64,000 nucleotides of DNA from Nannocystales bacterium (GTDB taxonomy: Bacteria; Myxococcota_A; Polyangia; Nannocystales; Nannocystaceae), in assembly GCA_050633305.1 (NCBI GenBank), contig JBOEGF010000006.1, positions 1-64,000 of the forward strand, given 5' to 3'. The position numbers and the translations under genes were made by a program. The notes beneath the pieces are model-generated. The model saw nothing but the letters and a program-made list of their open reading frames with translations. It did no database searches and was not told the DNA's origin. The number at the start of each line of letters is the position of its first letter. The first letter of the stretch is position 1. Of the stretch, positions 28,138-38,707 are shown one piece after another.

Positions 28138-30192
28138 TCAGCGCCCCGGCGCGACGCGGTAGCGCCACGGAGCCCCCTTGAGCGTCACCGTGTCGTCAGC
28201 GACGAACGCTTCGATCCGTTCGCCTCGTTTCGGCAGGACGCGAATCCTCCACGCACCGTCCCGCCCAACGGCGTCGTCCGAGACCGTCTCGAGCTGCACA
28301 ACCCGCCGACGCGCCAGCGCTCGCAAGCGGTCCATGTCCGCCTCAACGGTCGCGCCCTCGCCCACCAACCCTTCGGGCGTGCGCTCGAACCGGGACGTAT
28401 GCCCCTGGACGACAACCTCGATACTGCGAGCGGTATCGAGCCAGAATTGGACGGGGTCGGTGTGGAGCAGGTCCTGTTCCAGGCGTCGGCAGGCGGAGGT
28501 TCCCAGCCGCCCTGCGCGTTGGCCCACCGCCGCGATGCAACCCTCGGGGTCCTCGGGGTCGGCCCAGAGCTCCAAGACCAGGACCGTGTCGCGGCCAGCT
28601 TCGGGAACCTGCTCGAGCCGGAGGGTCCTGCGGGGCGCGTCCGCAGGGACCGGCGTCCAGCTGCGGACCCGCACCGAAGCGGCCGCCGCCAAGACCTCCC
28701 CGAGCAAGACATCGCTCAGCGCAGTGTCGGCCTCAGGATGTGTCGGCGCATCGAGACGCCAGATGCCCAGGTCGAAGTGCACGCTCTGTCGTGGCCGGCC
28801 TTCAGCCACGATCTCCAGCGCACGAACATCGTCGACGGCAAACCGAAGCAAGTCTCGGTCGGCAAACGTCTCCACGCTGGTCGCCAGCCTCACCCCGGCC
28901 GAGCGCAGCCGCAGCAGGGGTCCCGCATCGCGCTGGCAGATCCGCTCCGGACCCCGGGGGCCACACCGCAGCCGCATGCGCTGCGTACTGTCCGTGGTCA
29001 TCTCCAGGTCGACGGCCCAGGTGGGCTCGCTCGTGCCAAAGGGGGCCAGCTCCACCTCGGCATCGTGGATCGACTCGTACCAGTCAAACACATCGGGCCC
29101 ATCGATCATCCGATCGCCATCGTCGGTGCTCATCCGCCAGTCTCCCGCGTTGCGGGACAACGCCTGGCGCGTCGGTAGCCGCTGCTCGATCCGGAGCACC
29201 CGCCCATAGCCATAGGGAGAAAGACGGGGTTCGAGAAGCGACCCGGCATCGGGGCTGTCGGTGCCAGGCAGCGGCCAGCTCCCCGTGAGCGCCTCGTCTA
29301 CGCACCCCGGCCAGCCTTCGCCTCGGACCAACACCGTTCGCGCGGACCCGTCGGGACACGCGCCCGCCAGCGCGAGGGTCCACCGACGCGCGCCGGTACC
29401 CTGCAGCGAGACCCACGGAACCGCCGTCGCGGCGTGGCCCTCGGGGAGCAGCGGGGACAGTCGTGCGCCGACCATCCGCCCGAGGCGAGCCTCGACCGCG
29501 TCGCTGGAGAGCAACGCAGTGACCGGCGTCTGCTCCCCTGCGGTCGAACGCCAACGACCATCCTCGCCACGCTGCATCTCCCCGTCTGGCAGCTGCAGTC
29601 CGAGGACCTGCCCCGGCTCGACCAACACCGCCCGGCGAGAGAGCCACGCCTCGGGAGATTGGTCCAGGATGTCGGCCATTTCCGACTCGACGACCCACGT
29701 CTGGGTTTGCGGGCCCTCGGGGTCGAAGTCGGCGTTGTCGATCTCCGCGTAGCGGCCGGCTTCATCGGGCGTCCGTCCGCCGACTCGGAGACTGCGAGAT
29801 TCGCCCCCGGCCTCCACGGTGATCGTCCCCAAGGACGAAACGCCCACGGCCGCGCCATCGCTCACCGCCCGTACGGTCGTCGCCATCCGCAACGAGGCCC
29901 ACAACCCTTCGACGGCCCGCGGGTCCGCAGGACCCACCATCGCACCATCCACCCGTAGCGCGTGACCATCGGCGCTGGGCTGCAACACGACGCTCACCCC
30001 GTCGGCGCGCGCCAGGGTGATCGACGCCGTTTCCAACGTGATGTCCGGCAAGGTTGGGAACACCCGACGTGCGGACGAACGGGTGGACACGAAGCCGCCG
30101 GGCCCCGTTTCGGGAGCCTGCGTTCCATGCACCGCGGCCATGAGGGCCAGCGCAACGGCGGCCCACGCCCAGGTCGCTCGAGTCAGCTTCAT
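28138..30192 (-). CDS. DUF4340-like periplasmic protein associated with the Gld-type ABC system
   Basis: N-terminal hydrophobic anchor; repeated W...AD...V modules; start overlaps the upstream stop. Confidence 0.6.
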   Translation of the reverse strand: MKLTRATWAWAAVALALMAAVHGTQAPETGPGGFVSTRSSARRVFPTLPDITLETASITLARADGVSVVLQPSADGHALRVDGAMVGPADPRAVEGLWASLRMATTVRAVSDGAAVGVSSLGTITVEAGGESRSLRVGGRTPDEAGRYAEIDNADFDPEGPQTQTWVVESEMADILDQSPEAWLSRRAVLVEPGQVLGLQLPDGEMQRGEDGRWRSTAGEQTPVTALLSSDAVEARLGRMVGARLSPLLPEGHAATAVPWVSLQGTGARRWTLALAGACPDGSARTVLVRGEGWPGCVDEALTGSWPLPGTDSPDAGSLLEPRLSPYGYGRVLRIEQRLPTRQALSRNAGDWRMSTDDGDRMIDGPDVFDWYESIHDAEVELAPFGTSEPTWAVDLEMTTDSTQRMRLRCGPRGPERICQRDAGPLLRLRSAGVRLATSVETFADRDLLRFAVDDVRALEIVAEGRPRQSVHFDLGIWRLDAPTHPEADTALSDVLLGEVLAAAASVRVRSWTPVPADAPRRTLRLEQVPEAGRDTVLVLELWADPEDPEGCIAAVGQRAGRLGTSACRRLEQDLLHTDPVQFWLDTARSIEVVVQGHTSRFERTPEGLVGEGATVEADMDRLRALARRRVVQLETVSDDAVGRDGAWRIRVLPKRGERIEAFVADDTVTLKGAPWRYRVAPGR

Positions 30193-32408
30193 GTTCGACG
30201 CCTCCACAGCACCCACAGGGCCAACGCGATGCCGAACCCGGGCAAGCCGAACAGGCACACCCAGACCATGCGTCGCAACTGTTCGGGTAGAAGGACGAGC
30301 TTGACCGCGGTCCGCTCCCGCGGGCGAATGCCGAGCAACGTGTCCTCCGCCGTCAACCAGCCCAAGGTGTTGAGGATGAGGTCGCGCCCGTGATCGTAGA
30401 CCACGTCGTCTCGGAGGTATGCATTGAGCGCGAACTGGTCCGACCCGATGACGACGGCGCGAGCGTTGCCAAGCGTGCCGGCAGCGGCGAGGACAATCGG
30501 GCCTCGCGCATCCGCCTCGCCCTCGAGTTGTGGAGGCACGCCGGCGCGAATCCCTTCGATGTCGGCCTCGGCCCAAGCCGTCTCCGCGCTGACAACCAGC
30601 GCCTCCGCCTTGGACCCGTCCTCAGCGTCTGTGAGGCTGAGTTCCCGAGCAAAGACGAAGCTGACTGCCCGAGACACCAAGGCGCGCACCGCCGGGTGAG
30701 AACTCCACCCTTGGTCGATCGTGAACGCCAGCAACGGTGTGGCTCCCGGCATGGGGTGCTCGGGGTCGAGGACGATGCGGTCCCCCACGATGACTCCGAA
30801 ACGCCTGAGCAGCGGCTCGAGACCGTGAGTGGCCAGACCCGAGGCGCCGGGGCGTACCACAGCTCCGCTGAGCACCAAGAGTTTCCCACCCTCATCCGCG
30901 TAGCGGGTCAGCGCTTGGACCTGCGAGGCGGGCAACACTCCGGAGGGACCGGCAACCATGACGACCGTGCATCCGGACAACCCATCCGCGTCGTCCAGGT
31001 TCGCGGTGCGAAGCTGGAGGCCGGCGTCCTTGATCAGGTCGGACAGATGGGCATACCCCCCGAATGGCTCGAGGTTGTCGAACCGGGGCTCGCCGTGCCC
31101 CGCCGTGGCGCACACCGTCACATCCAGTGGTTTGGACACCGACAAGAACGCTGAGAGCAACGCCTCTTCTCCACGGAACTCCTGCACCCTGGGCCCGGTT
31201 GCCTGGACCTCGGCACCCGTGGCGTAGGTGACCAGGTCGCCCGGCAAGCGATGGGCACGACGTTGCTCCGCACCCTGCCCAGCCCTCACCAGCACCACCC
31301 CATCGGCCAAGTCTCGACCGCCCAGACCGAAGTCGGCCACGAGTTGCTCGGCCTCCTGACGATCCCGGTCCGGGTCGAGGAACCGCACTCGCAGGGCGTC
31401 GCTCGACTCGTTCATCCGCGAGAGCACCTCGCGGAGTTCCTGCGACAGCGGGTTCGGTCGGCCGGCGCCGATCGTCTCCGGCACGACGACACGAACGTCG
31501 ATCGGACCCTCGAGGCCCTGAAGAACATCCCGGGCCCGCTCGGAGAGCGCGTACATCTGCGAGGCGGTCCAGTCTTGACGCACGGCATGACGACCGGAGA
31601 ACCACGCCGCGTGCACCACCGCGAGGGCGATGAAGATCGCGCGAAGCGTTCGGTCGAGGTTGCGGCGAGGATCGATCGCAAGAACAGACGCCACGAGCGA
31701 GACGACCACAACCGCGACGTGCAGCCCGATCCAGCGGGTGTCCACAATGCCCTGCGCCATCTCCTGCATCATCGAGAGCAAGCTGGTCTGCGCGAGCGCG
31801 TCGGCCACCGCGGGAGACTCGACTTGGTCGACCAGCAAGCCTGCGAGCAGCAGAATCGTGCACGCGACGGAGGTCGAGATTGCCGCCTGGAGCTGCGATT
31901 TCGCCACCGCACTCATCAGGAGCCCCAGTGCGAGAAAACTGCACCCGACCATGAAGGTGCCCAGGTACCCGGACGCTATCGGGCCCAGGTCCGGCTCCAC
32001 GTTTGCGCCGCGTAGAAGTACGTAGAACACCACCGTGGGGGACCACAACGCGACGTAGAACACGACCACGCCGAGGAATTTCCCAAGCACGACGGTAACC
32101 GGACTCAGCGGTGCGGTCAGCAATGCCTCGAGCGTCCCTTGGCGTCGTTCTTCGGCGAGCAGGCGCATCGCCAGTGAAGCGCACAGGAAGATGACCGGCA
32201 GCCAGAAGATGAAGAAGCTGCCCCCAAAGTAGAACTGCATGACCGGGCCCGGTGCGGCGAGCGGATCGTTGAGCACCTGGAGAAGCAGCGAGAAGTTCCA
32301 CCCCTGAAGCAGCAGGAACAACGAGCCCACCACGTACGCCAGTGGCGTCACGAACAGCGAGAGCAACTCGCGATAGGCGAGCGCCAACGTGCCGCGTACG
32401 GCGTGCAT
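30189..32408 (-). CDS. Fused GldF-like ABC permease and GldG-like auxiliary protein
   Basis: RELLSLFVTPLAY, MRLLAEERRQGTLEALLTAP...VVLGKF, then DWTASQMYALSE, GHGE, GGKLLV and terminal transmembrane helix ending WRRR. Confidence 0.85.
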   Translation of the reverse strand: MHAVRGTLALAYRELLSLFVTPLAYVVGSLFLLLQGWNFSLLLQVLNDPLAAPGPVMQFYFGGSFFIFWLPVIFLCASLAMRLLAEERRQGTLEALLTAPLSPVTVVLGKFLGVVVFYVALWSPTVVFYVLLRGANVEPDLGPIASGYLGTFMVGCSFLALGLLMSAVAKSQLQAAISTSVACTILLLAGLLVDQVESPAVADALAQTSLLSMMQEMAQGIVDTRWIGLHVAVVVVSLVASVLAIDPRRNLDRTLRAIFIALAVVHAAWFSGRHAVRQDWTASQMYALSERARDVLQGLEGPIDVRVVVPETIGAGRPNPLSQELREVLSRMNESSDALRVRFLDPDRDRQEAEQLVADFGLGGRDLADGVVLVRAGQGAEQRRAHRLPGDLVTYATGAEVQATGPRVQEFRGEEALLSAFLSVSKPLDVTVCATAGHGEPRFDNLEPFGGYAHLSDLIKDAGLQLRTANLDDADGLSGCTVVMVAGPSGVLPASQVQALTRYADEGGKLLVLSGAVVRPGASGLATHGLEPLLRRFGVIVGDRIVLDPEHPMPGATPLLAFTIDQGWSSHPAVRALVSRAVSFVFARELSLTDAEDGSKAEALVVSAETAWAEADIEGIRAGVPPQLEGEADARGPIVLAAAGTLGNARAVVIGSDQFALNAYLRDDVVYDHGRDLILNTLGWLTAEDTLLGIRPRERTAVKLVLLPEQLRRMVWVCLFGLPGFGIALALWVLWRRRT

Positions 32409-32446
32409 GAACTCGAGGGCCACGGGAGGGGGAAGGTAGCGCAACC

Positions 32447-33397
32447 TCAAGCCCGACGCGCGCCGGTCACCGCCGCAAACCGCTCTTCGAGCCGCGTCCG
32501 CCCCATCGACAGCGTCCGCAGCTCCACACCTGCCTGGGCACACGCTCGGCCGACTGCGGCCAACACGGCCTCAGGGTCGTCGTGTGCCGCCAGAGGCAGT
32601 CGCGCAGAGCATATGCCTGCGTCTTCGACGACTTCGACCTCGGCCTCCACCGCCTTCGACAGGAGCGCCTGGGTCTGCTCGGTCCCGGCGACCACACGGA
32701 CGTGTACATGGCCCGTGGCGAGCGCGTCCTCGAGCGACTCGTCGACGACAACCCTGCCCTCTGAGAGGATCACCACCCGGTCACACAGAGCCTCGACCTC
32801 GGCGAGAATGTGGGAGCTGAAGACCAGCGTGTGTGCGCCTCCGAGCTCTCGGAGCATCGCGCGGATCTCGAGGACCTGATTCGGATCGAGACCGACCGTG
32901 GGCTCGTCCAACACGATCAGCGCAGGGGCGCCCAGCAGCGCATCAGCGATGCCCACCCGTTGCCGATACCCCCGAGACAGCTGCGAGATCGGCTGCTGAA
33001 GGCGATCGCTGAGCCCGGTCTTGGACGCGACACGCTCAACCTCCGCACGACGCTCCCCTCGGGGTACGCGTTTGATCGAGGCACGAAACGACAGGTGCTC
33101 GTGAACCCGAAGCTCGGGGTACAGCGGCACGTGCTCGGGCATGTAGCCGGCCCGCGTCCGGACCTTCAGCGAGTCGGTCGCCACGTCCAAGCCATCGACG
33201 CGCAGCTGACCACTGCCGGCGAGTGGAAGGTATCCGCACAGCAGCCTCATCAGCGTGCTCTTGCCAGCACCGTTGGGACCCAGCAGACCCAACCGTTGCC
33301 CGGAGTCCACCCCAAACGAGACATCGTTCAGCGCCTGAACGTCGGCACCGGGGTATCGATGCGACAGCCCCCGGACTTCGATGGACGCGGCGGTCAT
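32447..33397 (-). CDS. ABC transporter ATP-binding protein (GldA-like)
   Basis: GPNGAGKST, LSRGYRQRVG, LDEPTVGLDPNQ, SSHILAEV. Confidence 0.92.
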   Translation of the reverse strand: MTAASIEVRGLSHRYPGADVQALNDVSFGVDSGQRLGLLGPNGAGKSTLMRLLCGYLPLAGSGQLRVDGLDVATDSLKVRTRAGYMPEHVPLYPELRVHEHLSFRASIKRVPRGERRAEVERVASKTGLSDRLQQPISQLSRGYRQRVGIADALLGAPALIVLDEPTVGLDPNQVLEIRAMLRELGGAHTLVFSSHILAEVEALCDRVVILSEGRVVVDESLEDALATGHVHVRVVAGTEQTQALLSKAVEAEVEVVEDAGICSARLPLAAHDDPEAVLAAVGRACAQAGVELRTLSMGRTRLEERFAAVTGARRA

Positions 33398-34515
33398 GGC
33401 TTCGGTGTCTCAGGCTCGGCCGAATCGGACGGAGCCTTGTCGACCGGCTGGTCCACAGCCTTGTCCGTAGGCTTCTTCGCCGCCGCCTCGACCACCTCGG
33501 GCGGCAGCTCCGGCCGCTTGGGGGTCACGGGGTCACGCTCGATCTCCGCGAGTGCCCACACGATGGACTCCTTCACCTCTCCGACGGCGGTCGGGAGCGC
33601 AGCCTCGAGCGCGGGCTTGTAGACGACGTACCGCTGCACGCCCATGACCGACGCCGCGACGGAGCGAACCGAGGGCTCCGGGTCGCTCTTGAATGCGTAC
33701 GTCAGCGCGACCGCCGTTCCTTGGTCCGAGGCGGAGGCCAACGCCTCGGCGCAGCCGATCCGCTCTGCAACATCGACCAGGAAGTCCCCCTCCTTGTTCT
33801 TGAGCGTCAGGCCGTCGATGAGCGCCTTGCGGCGGCGCTCGTAGTCCACATACGCACCCACGGCGCCCTCTTCGTCGCCGGATTTGACCAACAGCTCGCC
33901 CAGCAGCAGCCAGTTCTCGAGGTTGTTCGGGTCGATGGTGGCTGCGGTTTTCTGAGCCTGCGCGGCATCCTTGAACTGCTTGTCCGCCGAAAGGGCGACC
34001 GCCAGCGCCATGTGGGGACCCGCGTCGTCGGGGACGAGTTTTGCGGCAAATTGGTACTGCGCGATCGCTCCTTTGAGGTCAGCTCGCGCCGAATACAGAC
34101 TGCCAAGCACGAGCGACGCGTTCGCACGCAGGTGAATGTCCTTGGCCTCATTGCTCACCCGAGAGAGGTCCGTCTTCGCCCGGAAGAACGCAGCCGTGTT
34201 GGCCAACTTGGGGTCCCGTGCGGACCGCTCTGACCACTGCTCGGTGAGCAGCGCGAATTCGTCGTCCGTCATCGGCTTCGGCGCCTCAAGCTCGGGATCG
34301 GCCTTCGCATCTGCCACTTTGCTCCCGGTCCTCGGCGGTTCCGCAGGCGCAGATTCGCACCCCGAGACCAGCATCGTTGCCGTTAGAAGGGCCGAGAACA
34401 GGGTTCCCGGGGCAAAATGCCGAAGGGGCCGGCAGGGTGTCGTCCGCACCGGCGTGAGGTTGCCACAAGTCGTCTTCATCATGATACGATCCAGATGTGG
34501 GTTTTGTGGGTCCAT
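33394..34515 (-). CDS. TPR/HEAT-repeat lipoprotein
   Basis: Lipobox LVSGC; TPR-like (IDPNNLENWLLLGELL) and HEAT-like (DPEPSVRSVAA) motifs; stop overlaps the ABC ATPase start. True start probably internal. Confidence 0.7.
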   Translation of the reverse strand: MDPQNPHLDRIMMKTTCGNLTPVRTTPCRPLRHFAPGTLFSALLTATMLVSGCESAPAEPPRTGSKVADAKADPELEAPKPMTDDEFALLTEQWSERSARDPKLANTAAFFRAKTDLSRVSNEAKDIHLRANASLVLGSLYSARADLKGAIAQYQFAAKLVPDDAGPHMALAVALSADKQFKDAAQAQKTAATIDPNNLENWLLLGELLVKSGDEEGAVGAYVDYERRRKALIDGLTLKNKEGDFLVDVAERIGCAEALASASDQGTAVALTYAFKSDPEPSVRSVAASVMGVQRYVVYKPALEAALPTAVGEVKESIVWALAEIERDPVTPKRPELPPEVVEAAAKKPTDKAVDQPVDKAPSDSAEPETPKP

Positions 34516-36356
34516 GGCAGCAGGCTTGTTCGAGCACTGCCCTGTGTTTGGGATTGAGCTTGGGGTTGGCCGGTGGCTGCGATGACCTCAGCGATCCCTC
34601 CACGCCCTGCGGCACGCTCGAACTCGGCGACGCCGAGCCGGGGACGATGGTCAGCCGTCGTCACGCCCCGGTCCTGGCGTGGGCCGGCGGCAGCGTCGGA
34701 GCGGGCAGCAACGAGCCCTTCGTCCTGCACTACGAGTGTGCCTCCGACTCCGACTCCGACGCCGACGCCGAGTGCTCGCTGCGGCGCACGTCCCTCGCGG
34801 ATCTGGGCAGCGGCCAGAACGCGGTGTTGGTCACTTCGGCAGGCGAATACGTCCTGTCCACCGACCGGGGCGAACAGCAGCTGCACGTTTTCCACTTCAA
34901 CGCGGACGGGAGCCTGGACGCGGACCAAGACGACCAAGGGCGCGCCATCGGTCAACGCTACCCGTTGGGGGAGGACCTGCCCGTCGAGTTGCTCGCCTCC
35001 CTTCGCAGCAGCAACTGGGTCATCGGGCTGGATGAAGAGCGGCAGCTGAGGCGCTACTGGCCCGGCCACTCCGAAGCCGCTCGCATCGCCCCCGAGCTGC
35101 CAAACCTCACCCTCGCGACCGTGGGCGAGCACAACATGATCGGGCGGGTCCGCCACGGTAGCGGCGACGATTCGCTGTACCTCGTCCCGATCGACGAGGA
35201 GCTCGACAATCACCTGGAGCCCCTCCTGCTGCTCCGGGGCAAGCCGGCAACCCGCATTGTTGTCGGGCCGCGGGATGAGAAGGTCGCGATCACGCTCGGA
35301 CACGGAGACAGCGCGCAGACGCTGGTGTTCCGGATCCCCGACGGGGAACTCGTCGACCGGTTCAACGGCGAGCTCATCAGTGGGCGCGAAGACCTCACCG
35401 AAACCACGGGCCTGCGCGCAGTGTCCCCCGACGGCAGCCACCTTGCGTACAAGACCGCAGCCGGCTCGGTCGCACTGCGCGACATCTCCACCGGCTCGGC
35501 GTGCCTCGTCCGCTCCGCCAAGACCAGCGGCAACACCCGCCTCGCGGGGTTCTCCGCCGAGGGCTTACTTTACTTCGAGTCGGAGCTCGGACCCGGGGAA
35601 ACCTCCATCTCGGTGTGGGACGGCGCGGATCGCTACCTGGCGGTGTTGAGCGAGCCCGAGGTTGGCGCGCGGCTGGCCGCAGTCCCCTCCCGCACGCCCC
35701 AGGATGCCATGCCATGGGCCGTCGGAGTCCGTTCAGGGTCGTACATGGCCCTTGCGGACAGTCAGTCCCCAGCCAACATCGACCTCGATGATGCGGTGTT
35801 CATTCCCCGTGACGACGATGACCTTTGGGTCCTCGGTTCGGACTCGCTCAACGGAGGCGGACGCAAGATCGACGTCCGGCGGTTGACCTCGACCATGACT
35901 CCCGAAGCGGTGCTTCGCTTCGGCGAACTCGAGTCCGCCGAGCACGCGACCGGCCACGACGAGGACGCCACCATGCGCGACACGCTCGGCGTCGTCGTCG
36001 CCGGCCCGCAGACGGCCTGCCTTTCGACCGGCACCCCTGGGACCCGCGCCTACGCGTGCGGATCCGGCAGCGATCAAGATTTCTTCTCGGGTGCAACCTC
36101 TCCCAAAGGCGAAGACCCCGACCGTCCCACGCAAGGCGGGCCAAGCCCCGAGGTCCCGGACCTCGAGAATCCACGATGTGGCCCCGGCGGCTCGCCCTTC
36201 GACCCGAACGACTGCGAGTACAAGGTCGACGACTGCTGCTACGACTTCCAGGCAGGGTGCGAGGAGAAGTGCGGCAACTCAGCGTCGTGTGAGTTCGGGC
36301 GCGACCTGGGTGACCACAAGACGCTCATCTGTGGCTCGGGCTCGGGCTTCCCGTAG
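34497..36356 (+). CDS. Hypothetical lipoprotein with beta-propeller-like segments and Cys-rich C-terminus
   Basis: Lipobox LAGGC; VSPDGSHLAY motif; seven Cys in the last about 60 aa. Confidence 0.65.
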   Translation: MGFVGPWQQACSSTALCLGLSLGLAGGCDDLSDPSTPCGTLELGDAEPGTMVSRRHAPVLAWAGGSVGAGSNEPFVLHYECASDSDSDADAECSLRRTSLADLGSGQNAVLVTSAGEYVLSTDRGEQQLHVFHFNADGSLDADQDDQGRAIGQRYPLGEDLPVELLASLRSSNWVIGLDEERQLRRYWPGHSEAARIAPELPNLTLATVGEHNMIGRVRHGSGDDSLYLVPIDEELDNHLEPLLLLRGKPATRIVVGPRDEKVAITLGHGDSAQTLVFRIPDGELVDRFNGELISGREDLTETTGLRAVSPDGSHLAYKTAAGSVALRDISTGSACLVRSAKTSGNTRLAGFSAEGLLYFESELGPGETSISVWDGADRYLAVLSEPEVGARLAAVPSRTPQDAMPWAVGVRSGSYMALADSQSPANIDLDDAVFIPRDDDDLWVLGSDSLNGGGRKIDVRRLTSTMTPEAVLRFGELESAEHATGHDEDATMRDTLGVVVAGPQTACLSTGTPGTRAYACGSGSDQDFFSGATSPKGEDPDRPTQGGPSPEVPDLENPRCGPGGSPFDPNDCEYKVDDCCYDFQAGCEEKCGNSASCEFGRDLGDHKTLICGSGSGFP

Positions 36357-36397
36357 CGCAGGCGACGGCCCCCGCCTCGGCTGCGCCTACGCCCCGC

Positions 36398-36754
36398 CTA
36401 GTCCGGCCGACAAACGATCTGCGCCGGAGCGGACTCCAACACCTGGCAACCGGTCCCCTCGCAGCCCGCTGCGTGGCAGGCCGCTTGGGCGTCGCCGTAA
36501 CAGCAGCCCGCGACCTCATACAGGCACCCTTCGTGTTTGCCATCCCATGGGCTGCCCCCCGCCTTGCACGCCGTCGGCTCTCCGTCAGGCGACTCGTGGG
36601 GTGCTCCGCCCGAGGACGGTGTCGCCCGAGGCGTGGCCCCAGGGTCATCGTCGAACGACGGAGGCTCGGTGGGCGGGGGCACTGAGGCAGGCTTGCTGCG
36701 GCATCCTGGGCTCATCCACAGCACGACCACTGCCATCGCAAGACGCTTCACCAC
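36398..36754 (-). CDS. Small Cys-rich lipoprotein
   Basis: Lipobox SPGC; Pro-rich linker; eight-Cys C-terminal domain. Start estimated. Confidence 0.55.
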   Translation of the reverse strand: MVKRLAMAVVVLWMSPGCRSKPASVPPPTEPPSFDDDPGATPRATPSSGGAPHESPDGEPTACKAGGSPWDGKHEGCLYEVAGCCYGDAQAACHAAGCEGTGCQVLESAPAQIVCRPD

Positions 36755-36824
36755 CGCCAGGGAGCGTACCGGGTCGGTCGTAGGCCCGTCGAGCCTCCCT
36801 CCCCGAGCCCGACGGGGACACGGG

Positions 36825-38327
36825 TCACCCACGCACGAAGCGAGGCTCACGGGGGCCGGGCGCACCCGAAGACAATGCCCGGATTGCGTGGGGGATCGAC
36901 TCCGCGATCTCGAGGGCAAGCGGGATTTCGACGCGCCCCGCGGCCAGGTCACCTGCACGCCCGTGCACGCTGACGCCGACGCCCGCGGCATCCCGAAAGG
37001 CCAGCCCCCGGGCCAGCAGACCGGCGATGCAGCCCGCGAGCACGTCGCCCGAACCTGCAGTCGCCAACGCTTCAGAGCCCTCGAGCGCAACCTGGAGCGC
37101 GCCGCCGCCACACATCACCGTGCCCGCCCCCTTGAGCACGGCAACAACGGCGTCGTCGTGCTGCAGTACCCGCACCGCATCCACGCGATTCTCCTGGACC
37201 CGCGCCGACGTCCACGTCTGCCCGGGATTCCACCTGCCCAGCATGCGCGCAGCCTCCTTGGGGTGCGGCGTCAGGACCCGCGGACCCCGGGGCGTCGAGG
37301 TTCCGTCGATCGCCTCGAGCGCGCTGGCATCCCAGACCGCCGGCCGCGGATCTTCGCGATACAGCGCGGCCAGGTCGAGCCCCGGTGGCGTGCTCGTGAG
37401 TCCGGGGCCAACGACGAGGACGCTGGCGCTTGGGACCACAGGCATCTCCGCCTCCGCGCGCATCAGCTCCGGGCGAACGTCGGGCACAGGGCTGCCCACC
37501 AGCGTGCACAATCCGGCCCCTGCCCTCATCGCGGCGACGCCACTGAGCACCGCCGCCCCTGGGGTGCCGGGACCTCCGCCGACCACAGCGACGTGTCCAC
37601 GGTGCCCCTTGTGGGCAGCGTTCTTTGGAAGGGCTTCGAGGGCGCTCGCCACCGTGCCGGCCGTCAGCAGCGCGCCAAGCGACGACCCCGTGGGTCCTGC
37701 CGCAATGCCAATGTCCGCGATGACCACGGACCCCGCGTAGTCTCGGCCCGGGGTGACGTGGAGCCCTGGCTTGCTCCGCACCAGTGTCACGGTCACATCG
37801 GCACGAAACGCCGGCCCCACAACCGCGCCCGAATCGACGTCGACGCCCGTGGGCGTGTCGATCGCGAACGATGGTCCACGCCGAGTGGCAACCCAGATCA
37901 ACGCCTCGGCGAGCGGGCCTCGCGGCGCGCCCCTCGATCCAGTGCCGAGCAGCCCGTCAACCCAAGCGGCCTCGAGCGGCAAGGACTCGGACGACCGATG
38001 CAACTGCACGCCATGCGCCCGTGCCAGCGCGAGCTGAGCTTCGCCGGCCTGGTTTCGGTGGGGCGAGACCAGCCACGCATGGGCTTTGAGCCCCCGCGCC
38101 GCCGCGATTCGAGCCACGGCCAGCGCATCTGCGCCGTTGTTCCCGGGACCCACCAGGCACACCACCGGGCGCCCTGCGCCTTCCTCGGACCGCGAGCAGA
38201 CCTCGGACGCGACGCAAAGGGCGGCCCGTTCCATCAACACCGGCGAGGGCACGCCGAGTGTGTCCATGGTGTACGCATCGGCAGCCGCGGCTTGCTCCGC
38301 TGACCACAGGGACGCAGGGGTGCTCAC
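36825..38327 (-). CDS. nnr: Bifunctional NAD(P)H-hydrate epimerase/dehydratase (YjeF)
   Basis: LMERAA, GPGNNGADAL, VDGLLGTG, AIDTPTG, HKGHRG, LTPHPKEAARM, LATAGSGDVLAG. Confidence 0.92.
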   Translation of the reverse strand: MSTPASLWSAEQAAAADAYTMDTLGVPSPVLMERAALCVASEVCSRSEEGAGRPVVCLVGPGNNGADALAVARIAAARGLKAHAWLVSPHRNQAGEAQLALARAHGVQLHRSSESLPLEAAWVDGLLGTGSRGAPRGPLAEALIWVATRRGPSFAIDTPTGVDVDSGAVVGPAFRADVTVTLVRSKPGLHVTPGRDYAGSVVIADIGIAAGPTGSSLGALLTAGTVASALEALPKNAAHKGHRGHVAVVGGGPGTPGAAVLSGVAAMRAGAGLCTLVGSPVPDVRPELMRAEAEMPVVPSASVLVVGPGLTSTPPGLDLAALYREDPRPAVWDASALEAIDGTSTPRGPRVLTPHPKEAARMLGRWNPGQTWTSARVQENRVDAVRVLQHDDAVVAVLKGAGTVMCGGGALQVALEGSEALATAGSGDVLAGCIAGLLARGLAFRDAAGVGVSVHGRAGDLAAGRVEIPLALEIAESIPHAIRALSSGAPGPREPRFVRG

Positions 38328-38707
38328 GCGACCGCCACGGCCACTGCCGCCGCCACACCGCCGGCATGGGTGAGGCTGACGAGGATGCTCTTGATGCCTC
38401 GGGCATCCGCGACCTCTTGCGCGCGACCCCGCAGGATCAACCGGGGCCCTTCGATACCGCGACGCGCCGGAACGACCTCGACGTCGTGCCACCCGATTCC
38501 TTTCGGAGCCCCGATCGACTTGCTCGCCGCTTCTTTTGCCGCGAAACGTGCCGCGAGCGACTGGGCCATCCCACCGGATGCGTCGCGCGCGTAGGCCTGC
38601 TCCTGCTCGGTGAAGACCCGCCTGAGGAAACGATCACCGTGACGGTCGACCGCCTGCTTCATCCGGTCGATCGGGCAGAGGTCCAAGCCGATCCCCAGCA
38701 CGCTCAC
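38324..38707 (-). CDS. acpS: Holo-ACP synthase
   Basis: GIGLD, RVFTEQE, LAARFAAKEA, VSLTH. Confidence 0.95.
   Translation of the reverse strand: MSVLGIGLDLCPIDRMKQAVDRHGDRFLRRVFTEQEQAYARDASGGMAQSLAARFAAKEAASKSIGAPKGIGWHDVEVVPARRGIEGPRLILRGRAQEVADARGIKSILVSLTHAGGVAAAVAVAVA

Noticed and set aside
36537..38303. 588-aa plus-strand ORF
   Set aside because: Antisense to nnr; Arg-rich shadow composition.
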